Source: Mycoplasma mycoides subsp. capri
Lineage (GTDB): Bacteria; Bacillota_I; Bacilli_A; Mycoplasmatales; Mycoplasmataceae
Direction: 5' to 3'
DNA length: 32,000 nt
Assembly: GCF_018389705.1 (NCBI RefSeq)
Contig: NZ_CP065581.1
Span: forward strand, 720,001-752,000
The position numbers were made by a program, and so were the translations under genes. Of this stretch, positions 12,805 through 24,382 are shown in pieces (the first letter of the stretch is position 1; each line of letters opens with the position of its first letter). The notes beneath the pieces were generated by a model. That model was not told the origin of the DNA. It saw only the letters and a list, made by a program, of their open reading frames with translations, and did not search any database.

Positions 12805-13420
12805 AACTATTTTAATTGTTACAGCAAAAACTAATTTAAACCTTGAAATTTTTAACAACGATTCAACTTATGTTATTGGAGTTGAAAGAGGTTGTTTGGA
12901 TCTAATTAGTAGAAATATGAAAATTGATTATGCAATTGGAGATTTTGACAAAGTAACAGATCAAGAATTAGAACTAATTAAATCAAAAATAAAAAACGTT
13001 GAAATTTGAAGTCCTGAAAAAGATTATTTTGATGGTGAATTAGCTATTTTAAAAGGTTTAGAAGCTAGTAAAGATGCTAAAATTATTTTTATAGCTAATG
13101 CTACAAAAAGATATGATAAAAATTACTCTATCTTTCATTTTATTTTTAAATACGATCTTACTTTTATTAATGATGATTCGATTTTATTTAGATTTGATAA
13201 AGGAACAAATATTTTAAAATTTGAAGATTATCAAGATTATACTTATGTTAGTTTTATTGCAAAAGATAATACAAAAATCACAATTAAAGACCTTAAATAT
13301 GAGTGTGAAAATTTAAGTTTATCTGCATATAGTAATTCTTGTTTATCTAATGCTTTTTTACCTTATAAAGATGGAATTATTTGATCTAATAATCCAATAA
13401 TCTGCATATTAACAAAATAA
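12794..13420 (+). CDS. Thiamine pyrophosphokinase-like protein (ThiN/TPK family; active site motifs diverged)
   Basis: Position after rpe matches Bacillus-type prpC-prkC-rsgA-rpe-thiN order; IGVERGCLDLI and YAIGDFDKV resemble ThiN GVDRG / GDFDSV. Overlaps the rpe end by 11 nt. Confidence 0.7.
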
Positions 13421-13430
13421 TTATTTACAT

Positions 13431-13450
13431 TGCCTCACTAGAGGCATTTT
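13431..13450 (+). terminator. Rho-independent terminator after the prpC-thiN cluster
   Basis: TGCCTC ACTA GAGGCA followed by TTTT. Confidence 0.75.
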
Positions 13451-13506
13451 CTAACTTTATAGTTTTTTTATAATGTTAAAATATTATATAGTTATCAAGG
13501 AGATAT

Positions 13507-16125
13507 ATGAAAAAACAATTAAATCCTAAATATGATCATCTTCAAGTTGAAAAAGACAAATATCAATATTGGTTAGATAAAAATTTATTTAAAGCTGATA
13601 TTAATTCTAATAAACCTAAATTTTCTATTATTTTACCTCCACCAAATGTTACTGGTAAATTACATATAGGACATGCATGAGATACTAGTTTACAAGATGC
13701 TATTATTAGATTTAAAAAATTAACTGGATATGATACTTTGTTTTTACCTGGTATGGATCATTCTGGAATTAGTACTCAAGTAAAAGTTGAAGCTAAATTA
13801 AAACAACAAGGTATAGATAAAAATAAACTAGGTAGAGAAAAATTTTTATTAGAAGCTTGAAAATGAAAAGAAGAATATGCAAACATTATTAGAAAACAAT
13901 GAGCTAAATTAGGTTTAAGTTTAGATTATTCAACTGAAAAATTTACTCTAGATGAAGATATTAATCAAATTGTTAAAGAAATATTTGTAAAGTTTTATAA
14001 TGATCAAATAATTTATAAAGACAAACAAATAGTTAATTGAGATCCAGAACAAAAAACTGCTATTTCTAATGTTGAAGTAATTTATAAAGAAACTCAAAGT
14101 AAAATGTATTATTTTAAATACATGCTAGAAGATTCTAATGAGTATTTAACAGTTGCTACAACTCGTCCTGAAACTATGTTTGCTGATCAATGTTTAGTTG
14201 TTAATCCAAATGATTCTAGATATCAAAAATATATTAATAAAAAAGTAATCAATCCAGTTAATAAACAAGTTATTCCAATTATAAGTGATGAATATGTTGA
14301 TATTGAGTTTGGAACTGGAGTTATGAAATGTACTCCTGCTCATGATTTAAATGACTATCATTTAGCAATTAAACATAATTTAAAAATGCCAATTTGTTTA
14401 AATATTGATGGTTCAGTTAATCATTTAGGTGGAAAATATCAAGGTTTAGATAGATTTGTTGCTAGAAAAGAAATCATTAAAAATGCAATTGATGAAGATT
14501 TGTTTGTAAAAGAAGAAGATATTATTAATCAAGTTGGATTTAGTGAAAGATCAAATGCTATTGTCGAACCATATTTATCTGATCAGTGATTTGTTAAAAT
14601 GGATAAATTTAAAAATATGGTAATTGATTTACAAAATTCAGATAATAAAATTAATTTTTATCCAAATAGATTTAGTGATGTTTTAAATAGATGAATGACT
14701 GATGCTCATGATTGATGTATTAGTAGACAATTATGATGAGGTCATCAAATTCCTTGTTGATATCACAAAAAAACTAATGAAATGTATGTTGGAATTAATC
14801 CACCAAGTGATATAGAAAATTGGACTCAAGATCAAGATGTTTTAGATACTTGATTTTCATCAGGATTATGAGCTTTTTCAACACTTTTAAATAATAAAGG
14901 CTTAGAAAGTGAATATTTTAAAAATTATTTTCCAACTAGTGTTTTAGTTACAGGATATGATATTATTTTCTTTTGAGTAGCTAGAATGATTTTTCAAACT
15001 TTAGAATATACAAAACAAATTCCATTTAAAGATGTTTTAATTCATGGGCTTGTAAGAGATGAATTAAATAGAAAAATGTCTAAATCTTTAGGTAATGGAA
15101 TAGATCCTATGGATGTTATTAATAATAATGGTTGTGATTCGTTAAGATTATTTTTATTAACTAATTCAACTCCAGGTCAAGACATTAGATATTCAAATGA
15201 AAAAATTTTAGCTAGTTGAAACTTTATAAATAAATTATGAAATGCAAGTAGATATGTGTTTTTAAATTTAGATGAAGATTTTAAATTTGATCAAAACTTT
15301 TATAAAACTGATTTAGAAATAACTAATCAGTGAATTTTAACAGAACTAAGTAAAACACAAGCTTATGTTTATAAAAAAATGAACAAATATGAGTTTAGTT
15401 TAGCTGGAAATCATCTTTGAGATTTTGTATGAAATAAATATTGTTCTTGATATATTGAATTTAGTAAAGTTAATTTAAATAATGATAAATTTAATCATCA
15501 AACTAAACAAACTTTATTTTATGTATTAAAAGAAATTTTAATTATGCTTCATCCTTTAATACCATTTGTAAGTGAAGAAATTTATTTAAATATGATGTTA
15601 AAAGAATCTATTCTTTTAGAACAATGAACTAATTTAAATTCTAATTATGATACAAGTTTTATTGATGATGTTATTAAAATGATTACAAGTATTAGAGAAT
15701 TTAGAAATACTAAAAATATTAAAAATGACGTTTGTTTATCAGTAAATATTTCAAATACTAATCAAAATCATACAAAATTGTTTAAAAAACATTTTGATCA
15801 AATCTATAGTTTTTTAATTAATTTTTGTAATACTAAATTAGTTGATGAAGCTATTAAAAATAAGACTAGTTTATCAATTGATGAATATTTTATTGAAATT
15901 GCAAATGATTCATTTATTAATAAAAATGAACTAATAAAAGAATTAGAACAAAAACAAAATCATTTAAATAATGAAATAACTAGAAGCCAAAAAATCTTAA
16001 ATAACCAAGAATTTATAAAAAAAGCAAAACCTAAAAAAATTCAATCAGAAAAAATAAAATATCAAAATTATTTAGATCAATTACAAGCAATTAAAGACAA
16101 ATTAAAAGAATTAAAAAATGATTAA
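13507..16125 (+). CDS. valS: Valine--tRNA ligase
   Basis: 872 aa; HIGH-type motif [15 protein letters not shown] motif [11 protein letters not shown]-terminal coiled-coil arm; RBS AAGGAG. Confidence 0.95.
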
Positions 16126-16151
16126 AAATCTCTTTTAAAAGAGATTTTTTT
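16124..16151 (+). terminator. Rho-independent terminator after valS
   Basis: AAAAATCTC TTTTAAAA GAGATTTTTTT hairpin. Confidence 0.8.
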
Positions 16152-16235
16152 ATTATGTATTCTAAAGTTGATGATTTTAGCTATTTTCTATAATAACAAG
16201 TATCTAAGATATAATTAAATTAGTTAGGAAATATT

Positions 16236-17033
16236 ATGAAATATAGTTTTATAACAAACAAATATGAAGAATCAAGTGATATTGTAGATGAATTATTAAA
16301 CATATTAAAAAACACTGATTTTAAAAAAGATCAAAATAATCCTGATATTTGTTTTGTAATTGGTGGGGATGGTACTTTTTTACATGCTGTTCATAAATAT
16401 CAATCTATTTTAGATAAATTGATTTTTATTCCAATTAAATTTGGGGGAATTGGATTTTATACTAATAAAAACAGAGTTGATGATTTAAAAAAAATTGATT
16501 TAAATAAAATTATTGAACAACCAAATATTACTGAATTAGGACTAATTGAAGTTAATTATGATGATCAAAAAGTTTATGCAATTAATGAAATAAAAATTAC
16601 TAACCAAGTAAGACCATTAAATTTAGATATTTATATTAATAATGAATTTTTAGAACAATTTAAAGGAACTGGTTTAGTTTTTTCAACACCAAGCGGATCT
16701 ACTGGATTTATGAAATCAGCAAATGGAGCTATTATTTATCCTGTAGTTTCACTTTTTGAAATGCAAGAATTAATGCCAATATCAACAAATAAATTCAGGA
16801 CTTTAAACGCTCCGATTATTTTTTCAGATAATGAACATATCACTTTAAAATTAGAAGATTTGAACAATGTCACTTTAAGTGCTGATACTTATGAATATCA
16901 ATTTAAAAATAAAGAACTTTTAATTAAATTAAGTAGAAAAAAAATTAAGTTATTAAATTTAAATAAAGATAAATTCAATAAAATAAAAATTTTAAGAGAT
17001 ATTTTTGTTTTAAATGACAAAACAAAAAATTAA
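16236..17033 (+). CDS. nadK: NAD kinase
   Basis: FVIGGDGTFLHAVH and TPSGSTGFMKSANGAIIYP motifs. Confidence 0.92.
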   Translation: MKYSFITNKYEESSDIVDELLNILKNTDFKKDQNNPDICFVIGGDGTFLHAVHKYQSILDKLIFIPIKFGGIGFYTNKNRVDDLKKIDLNKIIEQPNITELGLIEVNYDDQKVYAINEIKITNQVRPLNLDIYINNEFLEQFKGTGLVFSTPSGSTGFMKSANGAIIYPVVSLFEMQELMPISTNKFRTLNAPIIFSDNEHITLKLEDLNNVTLSADTYEYQFKNKELLIKLSRKKIKLLNLNKDKFNKIKILRDIFVLNDKTKN

Positions 17034-17044
17034 ATAGGAGAAAA

Positions 17045-17764
17045 ATGAAACCATTAGTTGTTATTACTGGAGCAAGTTCTGGAATCGGATTAGCTTGTGC
17101 AAAATATTTTTCAAATAAAGGTTATCCTTTATTAATACTTGCAAGAAGAAAAGAAATATTAGATAATTTAAATTTGCCAAACACAATCACAGCAAAAGTT
17201 GATGTTAGAGATTTTAATCAATTAAATGATGCAGTTAAAAAAGCAGAAAATATTTATGGTCCAGTTGATTTATTAATTAATAATGCTGGAATTATGCCAA
17301 TGGATCAATATGTTGATCAAAGTTTAGAAGATAAATATAATACTTTAGATGTCAATATTAAAGGTGTTATTAATGGAATGGATGCTGTTTTAAAAAGTAT
17401 GTTAAAACAAAATCGCGGAACAATAGTTAATATTTCAAGTGTTGCTGGAAGATATACTTATGCTGATCATTCTATTTATAATGGATCAAAATTTGCTATT
17501 AATGCAATTACAGAACAAGTTAGAAGAGAATTAAGTGATACTAATATTAGATTTAGTTTAATTGAACCTGCAATTGTTGATACTAATTTATTATCAACAA
17601 CTAAAAATCAAAAAATTTTAGATAGTTATATAGCAAGAAAAAATAGTTTAAATGGTGGTTTAAAACCAGAACAACTAGCTGAAGTTATTTATTATATTTA
17701 CTCATTACCTCAAGATGTAGTAATTCCTGAATTAATGATTTCTCATACTAATCAAAAAGTTTAG
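17045..17764 (+). CDS. Short-chain dehydrogenase/reductase (copy 1)
   Basis: TGASSGIG, NNAG, YNGSK motifs; highly similar to 24899..25621. Confidence 0.9.
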   Translation: MKPLVVITGASSGIGLACAKYFSNKGYPLLILARRKEILDNLNLPNTITAKVDVRDFNQLNDAVKKAENIYGPVDLLINNAGIMPMDQYVDQSLEDKYNTLDVNIKGVINGMDAVLKSMLKQNRGTIVNISSVAGRYTYADHSIYNGSKFAINAITEQVRRELSDTNIRFSLIEPAIVDTNLLSTTKNQKILDSYIARKNSLNGGLKPEQLAEVIYYIYSLPQDVVIPELMISHTNQKV

Positions 17765-17803
17765 ACTTAATTTATAACTAGAAAAATATTTTAAATAAAT
17801 TTA

Positions 17804-17841
17804 AATATATATTATTAGATTTATAATATATATTAGTTTTT
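17804..17841 (+). terminator. Hairpin, possible terminator or RNase J leader structure
   Basis: Perfect 12-bp stem AATATATATTAT / ATAATATATATT with 7-nt loop, then AGTTTTTT. All-AT stem, so weak. Confidence 0.45.
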
Positions 17842-17889
17842 TAATTGCTTTTAGATATTTAAAATAATAATAATTGAAAGGACAATATA

Positions 17890-19641
17890 ATGCCAGATAT
17901 TAAATTTACTGCTCTGGGCGGTCAAGATGAAAGAGGAAAAAATCTATATGTTTTAGAAATAGATAATGATTTTTTTATTCTTGATGCTGGAGTTAAATAT
18001 CCTGAAAAAGATATTTTAGGAATTGATACAGTGATTCCTAAATTTGACTATATTAAACAAAATAAAAAAAAGATAAAAGGAATTTTTTTAACAAATCCTA
18101 GTGCTTATAATATGGGAGCAGTTCCGTATTTATTAAAAGAAATTGAAGCTCCAATTTATTGTAATGAAATTACAGAATTGATTGCAAAAATTAAATTTCA
18201 AAAATTAAGACTAAAAAATAAAGATCACATTTTAAAAGTAGTTCATGATAAAGATATTTTAAAAATTGGAAACACTAAAGTTGAGATTTTTAGAACAACT
18301 TCATCTTCACCACAATCATTTGGATATGTTTTTCATACTGAATTAGGTTCAATTGTTTATGCTGGTGATTATATAATTGATGGAAAAGAACAATCTTATT
18401 TTTCAACTGATTATACTCATTTATCTCAAATTGCAAAAAATGGGGTTTTAGCTTTAATTAGTGATGCTGAATTCGCTTCAAGAAAAGACTTTACAGTTCC
18501 AAACCATAAAATAGATAAATATATTCTTGCTCCATTTAAAGAAAAAAAGACAAAAATTATTGTTGCTATTTTTGAAGAAGACATTCATAAGTTAAGTCAA
18601 ATATGTATGGCTGCAAAAGAAAATAATAGAAAAATTGCAGTTTATGGAAGAACAATGGATGCTGTTTTAAGATCTAATTTAATTCATGAAAATCTAGTTA
18701 TAAAACCAGAAGATTTGATGTCAATTCAAGAATATGTAAACTCAGATAATGGGGTTTTAATTATTTCAGGAACAGGTGATGATCTTTATTCAAAACTAGC
18801 AAAAATTGCTACTTCAAATGATAGTTTAGTTGAGTTTACTGAAAAAGATTTAATTATTTTAACAAATACTCCAGTTGCTGGTGTTGAAAAACGTCATGCA
18901 CAAATTTTAGATGAGCTCGCAAGAACTGATGCTAGATTATTAGCTTTAAGTGATAAAAATATTTGATCTATGAGAGCAAGTTATGAAGATATTAAAATGT
19001 TAACTTCTATATTAAATCCAAAATATTTTATTCCGGTTAAAGCTTTATATAAAGATTTTTTAAATGCTGAAAAAGCAGCTATTGAAGCTGGAGTTAATAA
19101 TCAAAATATCGGAATTATTGATAATGGTGAAATTTTAAAACTATCAAAAAATCATTTAGCAATATCAGAACATAGTGCTGAACATGGAAATGTGTATGTT
19201 GATGGTTCTGGAATTGGAGATGTTGGATCAATAGTTTTAAATGAAAGAAAACAATTAGCTACTGATGGAGTAATTATAGTTGGAGCAACTATTGATAGTA
19301 GAAATAAAGAATTAATTTCTCTAATTGATACACAAATGCGTGGAGTATTATATATTCAAGAAGATAATCCTATTTTTAAAATTTTACAAAGAGAAATCAC
19401 TAATTTAATACTAGAAGGACAAGCTTTATACAAAAAAGAACCAAAAAAATATGATTTAAATGAAATCAAAAAAGACATAACATCTAAAATTAAACAATTA
19501 ATCAAACAAGAATCAGGAAAAACTCCTATTGTTTTAGTAATTATTAATGAATCTGATGGTAAGGCTTATGTTCCTAGAAACAATAAAAAAAGATATAACA
19601 ATAATAACAAAAGCACTAAATCTAAAAAAGATAAATCATAA
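17890..19641 (+). CDS. RNase J-family protein with degenerate metal-binding motifs (583 aa)
   Basis: Whole-length similarity to RNase J from FTALGGQDERGKNLYVLEI through HGNVYVDGSGIGDVGSIVLNERK; one in-frame TGA (Trp) near 18964 splits the track ORFs. Usual HxHxDH motif replaced by NPSAYN. Confidence 0.88.
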
Positions 19642-19660
19642 TCTGGTTTATCTTTTTTTA
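19624..19660 (+). terminator. Rho-independent terminator after the RNase J-like gene
   Basis: AAAAAAGATAAA ... TTTATCTTTTTTT inverted repeat overlapping the 3' end of the CDS. Confidence 0.65.
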
Positions 19661-19746
19661 TAAAAATGAAATTATATTTTAAGTAAAAAAAATTATAGAT
19701 ATGTCAGTTATATAATTAAATTGGATTATAAAATTGGTACAAAATT

Positions 19747-21369
19747 ATGAATGATGAAAAGAAAATGTCGTTAAAAGAATTCATTTGAATGGGTTTTAAC
19801 TACACAGTTGGTGTTGGATTTATAGGTAATTTGGCAATATTTTCTAATATTGTTGATAGTAAAGGTAATATTAATGTTCAATCTACAGGATTGCATATTT
19901 TTTGAATATTTGGATTATTAGGATTTATAGCTTCAATTTGTGCATTAGCATTTGCTAAACTTTCAACTATTCATAAATCTGATAATAATGGTGGGACTTA
20001 TTTATATGCAAGAACTGCTTTTGGAAGATTTACTGGATTAATGGTTGCATTTATTCAATATGTAATGTTGCCATTTATTATTGCATATCAAATTTGAGGA
20101 CTTTTAAAAACTTTTTTATTAACTGATTTATCAGGATTAGATTGATGATTTGATAAAATTCCAAGTCTTGGTAATTGAAGTTCATTAGTTTTAGATGTTT
20201 TAGGTATTATTATATATTTTGCATTTGCATTAGTGATATTTGGTGGGATGAAATGATTTAAAAAAATGGCAAATTATTCATCAGCTGTAAAATGAGCAAC
20301 TTCTTTTGTTTTAATTTTAGCTGGTATAGTTATGGCTTTTATGAATGGTTCATCAAACTATCAAATGTGAAATCATAATTATAATGAATCAATACATGGT
20401 TTGAGTTTTAATGCTTTTTCAAAGGCATTTGTTTCTTGTTTTTTCTTTTTTTCAGGGTTTGAATCATTTGCAACAGCAGGTAAAAATATTAAAGATCCAG
20501 AAAAAAATCTAGCTAAAGGAATTATGATCACAATGTTAGTTTCTTCAATATTTTATATTGTGATTATGGCTATTTTCTTTGCAGCAGTTAATCCAAAACA
20601 AGGGTTTAGTCAAAATATGACAACTGGATTATGAAATATGCATCCTATTAGTCAAATAAAATGATTATCTGTTTTAGGTGTTGTTATTATGTTTATTTCA
20701 CAAATTGCACTAAGAGCAAATACTTCAGTGCAAAATGCTTTATATGGTGGAACAATGCTTCAACCTATGGCTGTTGAAGGATTTATCTCAGAAAAATATA
20801 ACAAATTAAATAAAGATAATATTCCTGTTAAAGCATCATTATTAAATATTTATGTAATTTTATTAGTTTCATTTATTTGATTAATTATTCCAGATATTAT
20901 TTATGGTTTTCAAAAACCTGGAACTAAATTGATTTTTAATGTAGCTCAATTAACAGAAGCTTCAAGTGCTATTATTATTTCTTTATATATTATTAGTGTT
21001 TTAGCTTTAATAAAAACTGCTATTTTAAAATATATTAAATTACGTATTTGAGAATGAATTAGTTTTAGTTTTGCTTTAATATTATTAATTGTGTTATTCT
21101 TTTATCACTATTATGCATTATTTGATGTGATTGTAAAATATGCTAATAAAAATTCAAATATTGAATTAGAAGATTTAATAGGAGCTATTGTTGAGTTATT
21201 ATTTGTAATAATTTCACTAACATTTGCAATCATTTGATACTTTACTTATTATAATAAAAAATTAAAACAAAGACTTTCAACTACACAAGGTAGAAAACTA
21301 CAAGAACAACTAGATGCTGAATTTGTATTAATTAATACACAAAAACCTTACATAAGAACAAAAAAATAG
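19747..21369 (+). CDS. Amino acid permease, APC superfamily (540 aa)
   Basis: Many TM segments; GFESFATAGKNIKDPEKNLAKGIMITM is typical of APC transporters; N-terminal FNYTVGVGFIGN. Join of 20401 and 20689 ORFs under code 4. Confidence 0.85.
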
Positions 21370-21402
21370 CTAATTCTTTAAATAGTAATTAGCTATTTTT
21401 TA
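21365..21402 (+). terminator. Rho-independent terminator after the permease
   Basis: AATAGCTAATT ... AATTAGCTATTTTTT. Confidence 0.8.
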
Positions 21403-21434
21403 TAATTTAATTAAAATAATAAAGAGAGAAGTTT

Positions 21435-22496
21435 ATGAAAAAAATCAAAAAAGATCAAAATTTTAAATCTAAAATGTTTTTAATTTATAAAACAGATTTT
21501 AAAAAAACTAAAATAATTGCAATCCTAATGTTAGTGTTTTTAATTATTAGTATGTTTAGACTAACTTTAGTTGGCCAATTTTTAGATGATCTTTTATTTT
21601 CTTTTTTATTTGGTTGATTTAAATATTTATTATACTTTTGACTTTTTTTTATTAATTTTTGTTTATTTAAAAAACTTTTAATTTCAGTTAAATGAAAACA
21701 ATTTTTAAAAACTAGCTTTTTTATAATGATTTTAGCTAGTTTTTTAACATTAAATTTTTTAATTATACAATTTGTTAATAATCAAACAAAAACAGATAAT
21801 TTTAATATTTATGCTTTATGACAAAATGATATTTTATTACAAGTTATTAAATTTTATGATTATCATTGATATCAAAACTCAATCTTTTTAATAGATTTTA
21901 AAAATTGAATAAATTATTTTTTTAATACAAATACTTATTTTAATTTATATTTATTTGGTGGATTTATTTCTTATTTAGTTTGTGGAATTATTTGATATAC
22001 AACTTTACCAGCAGCTTATTTAACTTTAGTTATTTTAATAATTATTAATTTAGTATGACTTAAAACTAATGATCCATTTTATCTATTTAAAAATAAAAAA
22101 AATTTAGTTAAAACTACAACTAATTTAAATAATAAAATTATTACTAATAACCAAAATAATGATCAAAAGTTAGTAATTTTTGAAAATAAATTAGATGATG
22201 ATTTAAAACAACCAGTTTATAAAAACGAAGAAAACAATTTATTAACTAACTTAGAAAATGTATTTTTAGATACAAACTTTATTGATAAAATGCTTTTTTT
22301 AAAACTAGAGCAAACTAATTTTAATAAAGATGAGATTTTTGAAAATAAAAATAAAACAAATATAACTGATCAGTTTAAACAAAATCACAAATCAGGAATT
22401 TTAACAGATAGTGAGATTAGTCCTTTTAAAAGAAATAAACCAGTTAAAAAAATTAGTGATAATGACTTTTTTAATGAGTTATTTGATGAAAAGTAG
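21435..22496 (+). CDS. Membrane protein resembling the FtsK/SpoIIIE N-terminal 4TM region, no ATPase motor (353 aa)
   Basis: Multiple TM helices with LTLVGQFLDDLLFSFLFGWFKYL and LFGGFISYLVCGIIWYTTLPAAYLTLVIL, then a hydrophilic Asn/Lys-rich tail ending NDFFNELFDEK; no Walker motifs. CDS confidence high; family assignment is inference. Confidence 0.7.
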
Positions 22497-22505
22497 GTAA
22501 AGATT

Positions 22506-24260
22506 ATGAGTTTAAAACAACAAGTTGATTTATTACCAAATAAACCTGGTTGTTATTTATTTTTTAATAAAGATAATGATGTGATTTATGTTGGAAAAGC
22601 TAAAAATTTAAAAAAAAGAGTTAGTACTTATTTTAATAAAGCTTATAATATCAAAACAACAAGACTAGTTAGAGAAATTACTGATTTAAAATATTTTATT
22701 GTTGATAATGAAAAAGAATCATTATTATTAGAAAAAAATCTAATTAAAAAATATCATCCAAAATATAACGTTTTATTAAATGATGATAAAACCTATCCAT
22801 ACATAATAATTACTAACCAAAAAGATCCAATGTATAAGTATGTAAGAAAATATGATAAAAAAGCTTTAAAAAACTATGGACCTTTACCAATTGGAAGTAA
22901 TGCTAGATCTATTTTATTAACACTACAACGTTTATTTCCTTTAAGAATGTGTCAAGGTAATTTAAATAAACCTTGTTTATATTATCATTTAAATCAATGT
23001 TCTGGAGCTTGTTTTAAACAAGTTGATCCTAGTTATTATGAATATCAAATAAAACAAGTTGATAAATTTTTTAAAGGAGAAATTAATCAAGTAAAACAAA
23101 CTTTAATTAAACAAATGCAAAAAGCTAGTGATAATTTACAATTTGAACAAGCTCAAAGAATTAAAGATCAAATTACTAGTCTAGATTTTATTACTGCAAA
23201 ACAAAATGTTGATATTGTTACAAATAAAAATATTGATGTAATTAATTATGAAATTAATCAAGACAAAATTTGTTTTGTAATGTTATTTTATAGATTAGGT
23301 CAATTAACTTATAAAGATGAATATATTCAAAATTATGAAGGTCAAAATTTAAGCGAATTATTTAATAGTTATTTACAACAAATTTATCAAAAAAATATTT
23401 ATCCTGATGTTTTATTAATTCCAAATGAAATTCAATTATTAGATTTAGATCAAAACTTATTAGAATTTAGTTCATATAGTTTGAATAAACAAGATGATAT
23501 ATTTATTAAATTAGCAAAACAAAATGCTATTGATAGTTTAAATAAATCAGTTATTTCACATAATGTTAATAGTGGAGATGAGATTGAAATTTTAGAGCAA
23601 TTAAAGCAAATCTCAAATGCATCAAAATATTTAAAACGTATTGAAGTATTTGATATATCAAATATTTATAATCAGTTTATAACTGGAGCTTGTATAGTTT
23701 ATATTAATGCAAAACCAATTAGAAATGAATTTAGAAAATATAATATAGATCCAAGCTATACTTCAGATTTTAGTAGAATGAAGTTTATGCTAGAAAAAAG
23801 ATTTTTAAAACAGATAAAAGAAAAAGAGCAATTACCAGATCTTATTATTGTTGATGGTGGAATTATTCAAATTCATGCAGCTAAAGAAGTTTTAAATAAA
23901 TTAAATTTAAAGATTGATGTTATTGGTTTAAGTAAAGATGATCATCATAAAACTAGATATTTAATCGATATTTTTGAACAAACTATTGATATTAAAAACT
24001 TTAAAAAATTGTATAACTTTTTAACAAGCCTGCAAATCAGAGTTGATGAATATGCAAAATCTGGATTTAGAAAAAAATATCACAATCAATTAAATGATCA
24101 AATTCTTTTAATAAAAGGTGTTGGTAAAAAAACTAATTTAAAATTATATAAACATTTTAAAACAATTGATAATATTAAAAACGCTAGTTTTGATGAGTTA
24201 AATAAAGTTATAAATAATAAAAAAATTACTAATTTAATCATTAGTAATCTTAATAAATAG
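22506..24260 (+). CDS. uvrC: Excinuclease ABC subunit C
   Basis: LPNKPGCYLFFNKDNDVIYVGKAKNLKKRV, PDLIIVDGGIIQ, C-terminal GVGKKT HhH. Confidence 0.95.
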   Translation: MSLKQQVDLLPNKPGCYLFFNKDNDVIYVGKAKNLKKRVSTYFNKAYNIKTTRLVREITDLKYFIVDNEKESLLLEKNLIKKYHPKYNVLLNDDKTYPYIIITNQKDPMYKYVRKYDKKALKNYGPLPIGSNARSILLTLQRLFPLRMCQGNLNKPCLYYHLNQCSGACFKQVDPSYYEYQIKQVDKFFKGEINQVKQTLIKQMQKASDNLQFEQAQRIKDQITSLDFITAKQNVDIVTNKNIDVINYEINQDKICFVMLFYRLGQLTYKDEYIQNYEGQNLSELFNSYLQQIYQKNIYPDVLLIPNEIQLLDLDQNLLEFSSYSLNKQDDIFIKLAKQNAIDSLNKSVISHNVNSGDEIEILEQLKQISNASKYLKRIEVFDISNIYNQFITGACIVYINAKPIRNEFRKYNIDPSYTSDFSRMKFMLEKRFLKQIKEKEQLPDLIIVDGGIIQIHAAKEVLNKLNLKIDVIGLSKDDHHKTRYLIDIFEQTIDIKNFKKLYNFLTSLQIRVDEYAKSGFRKKYHNQLNDQILLIKGVGKKTNLKLYKHFKTIDNIKNASFDELNKVINNKKITNLIISNLNK

Positions 24261-24382
24261 CTTTTTAGTATATATTTTAATTTTAATTCTTAGATTTGAT
24301 ATATTAATAGTAAAATACTTCATTAGTAAATAGATATTAATTGGTCTTTATTATATAATTAATAAGTTATAAGGAGAAAGTC

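Noticed and set aside
13421-13507. Possible T-box riboswitch upstream of valS
   Set aside because: The leader is under 90 nt and contains only the preceding terminator; no specifier or T-box (TGGNACCGCG) motif.
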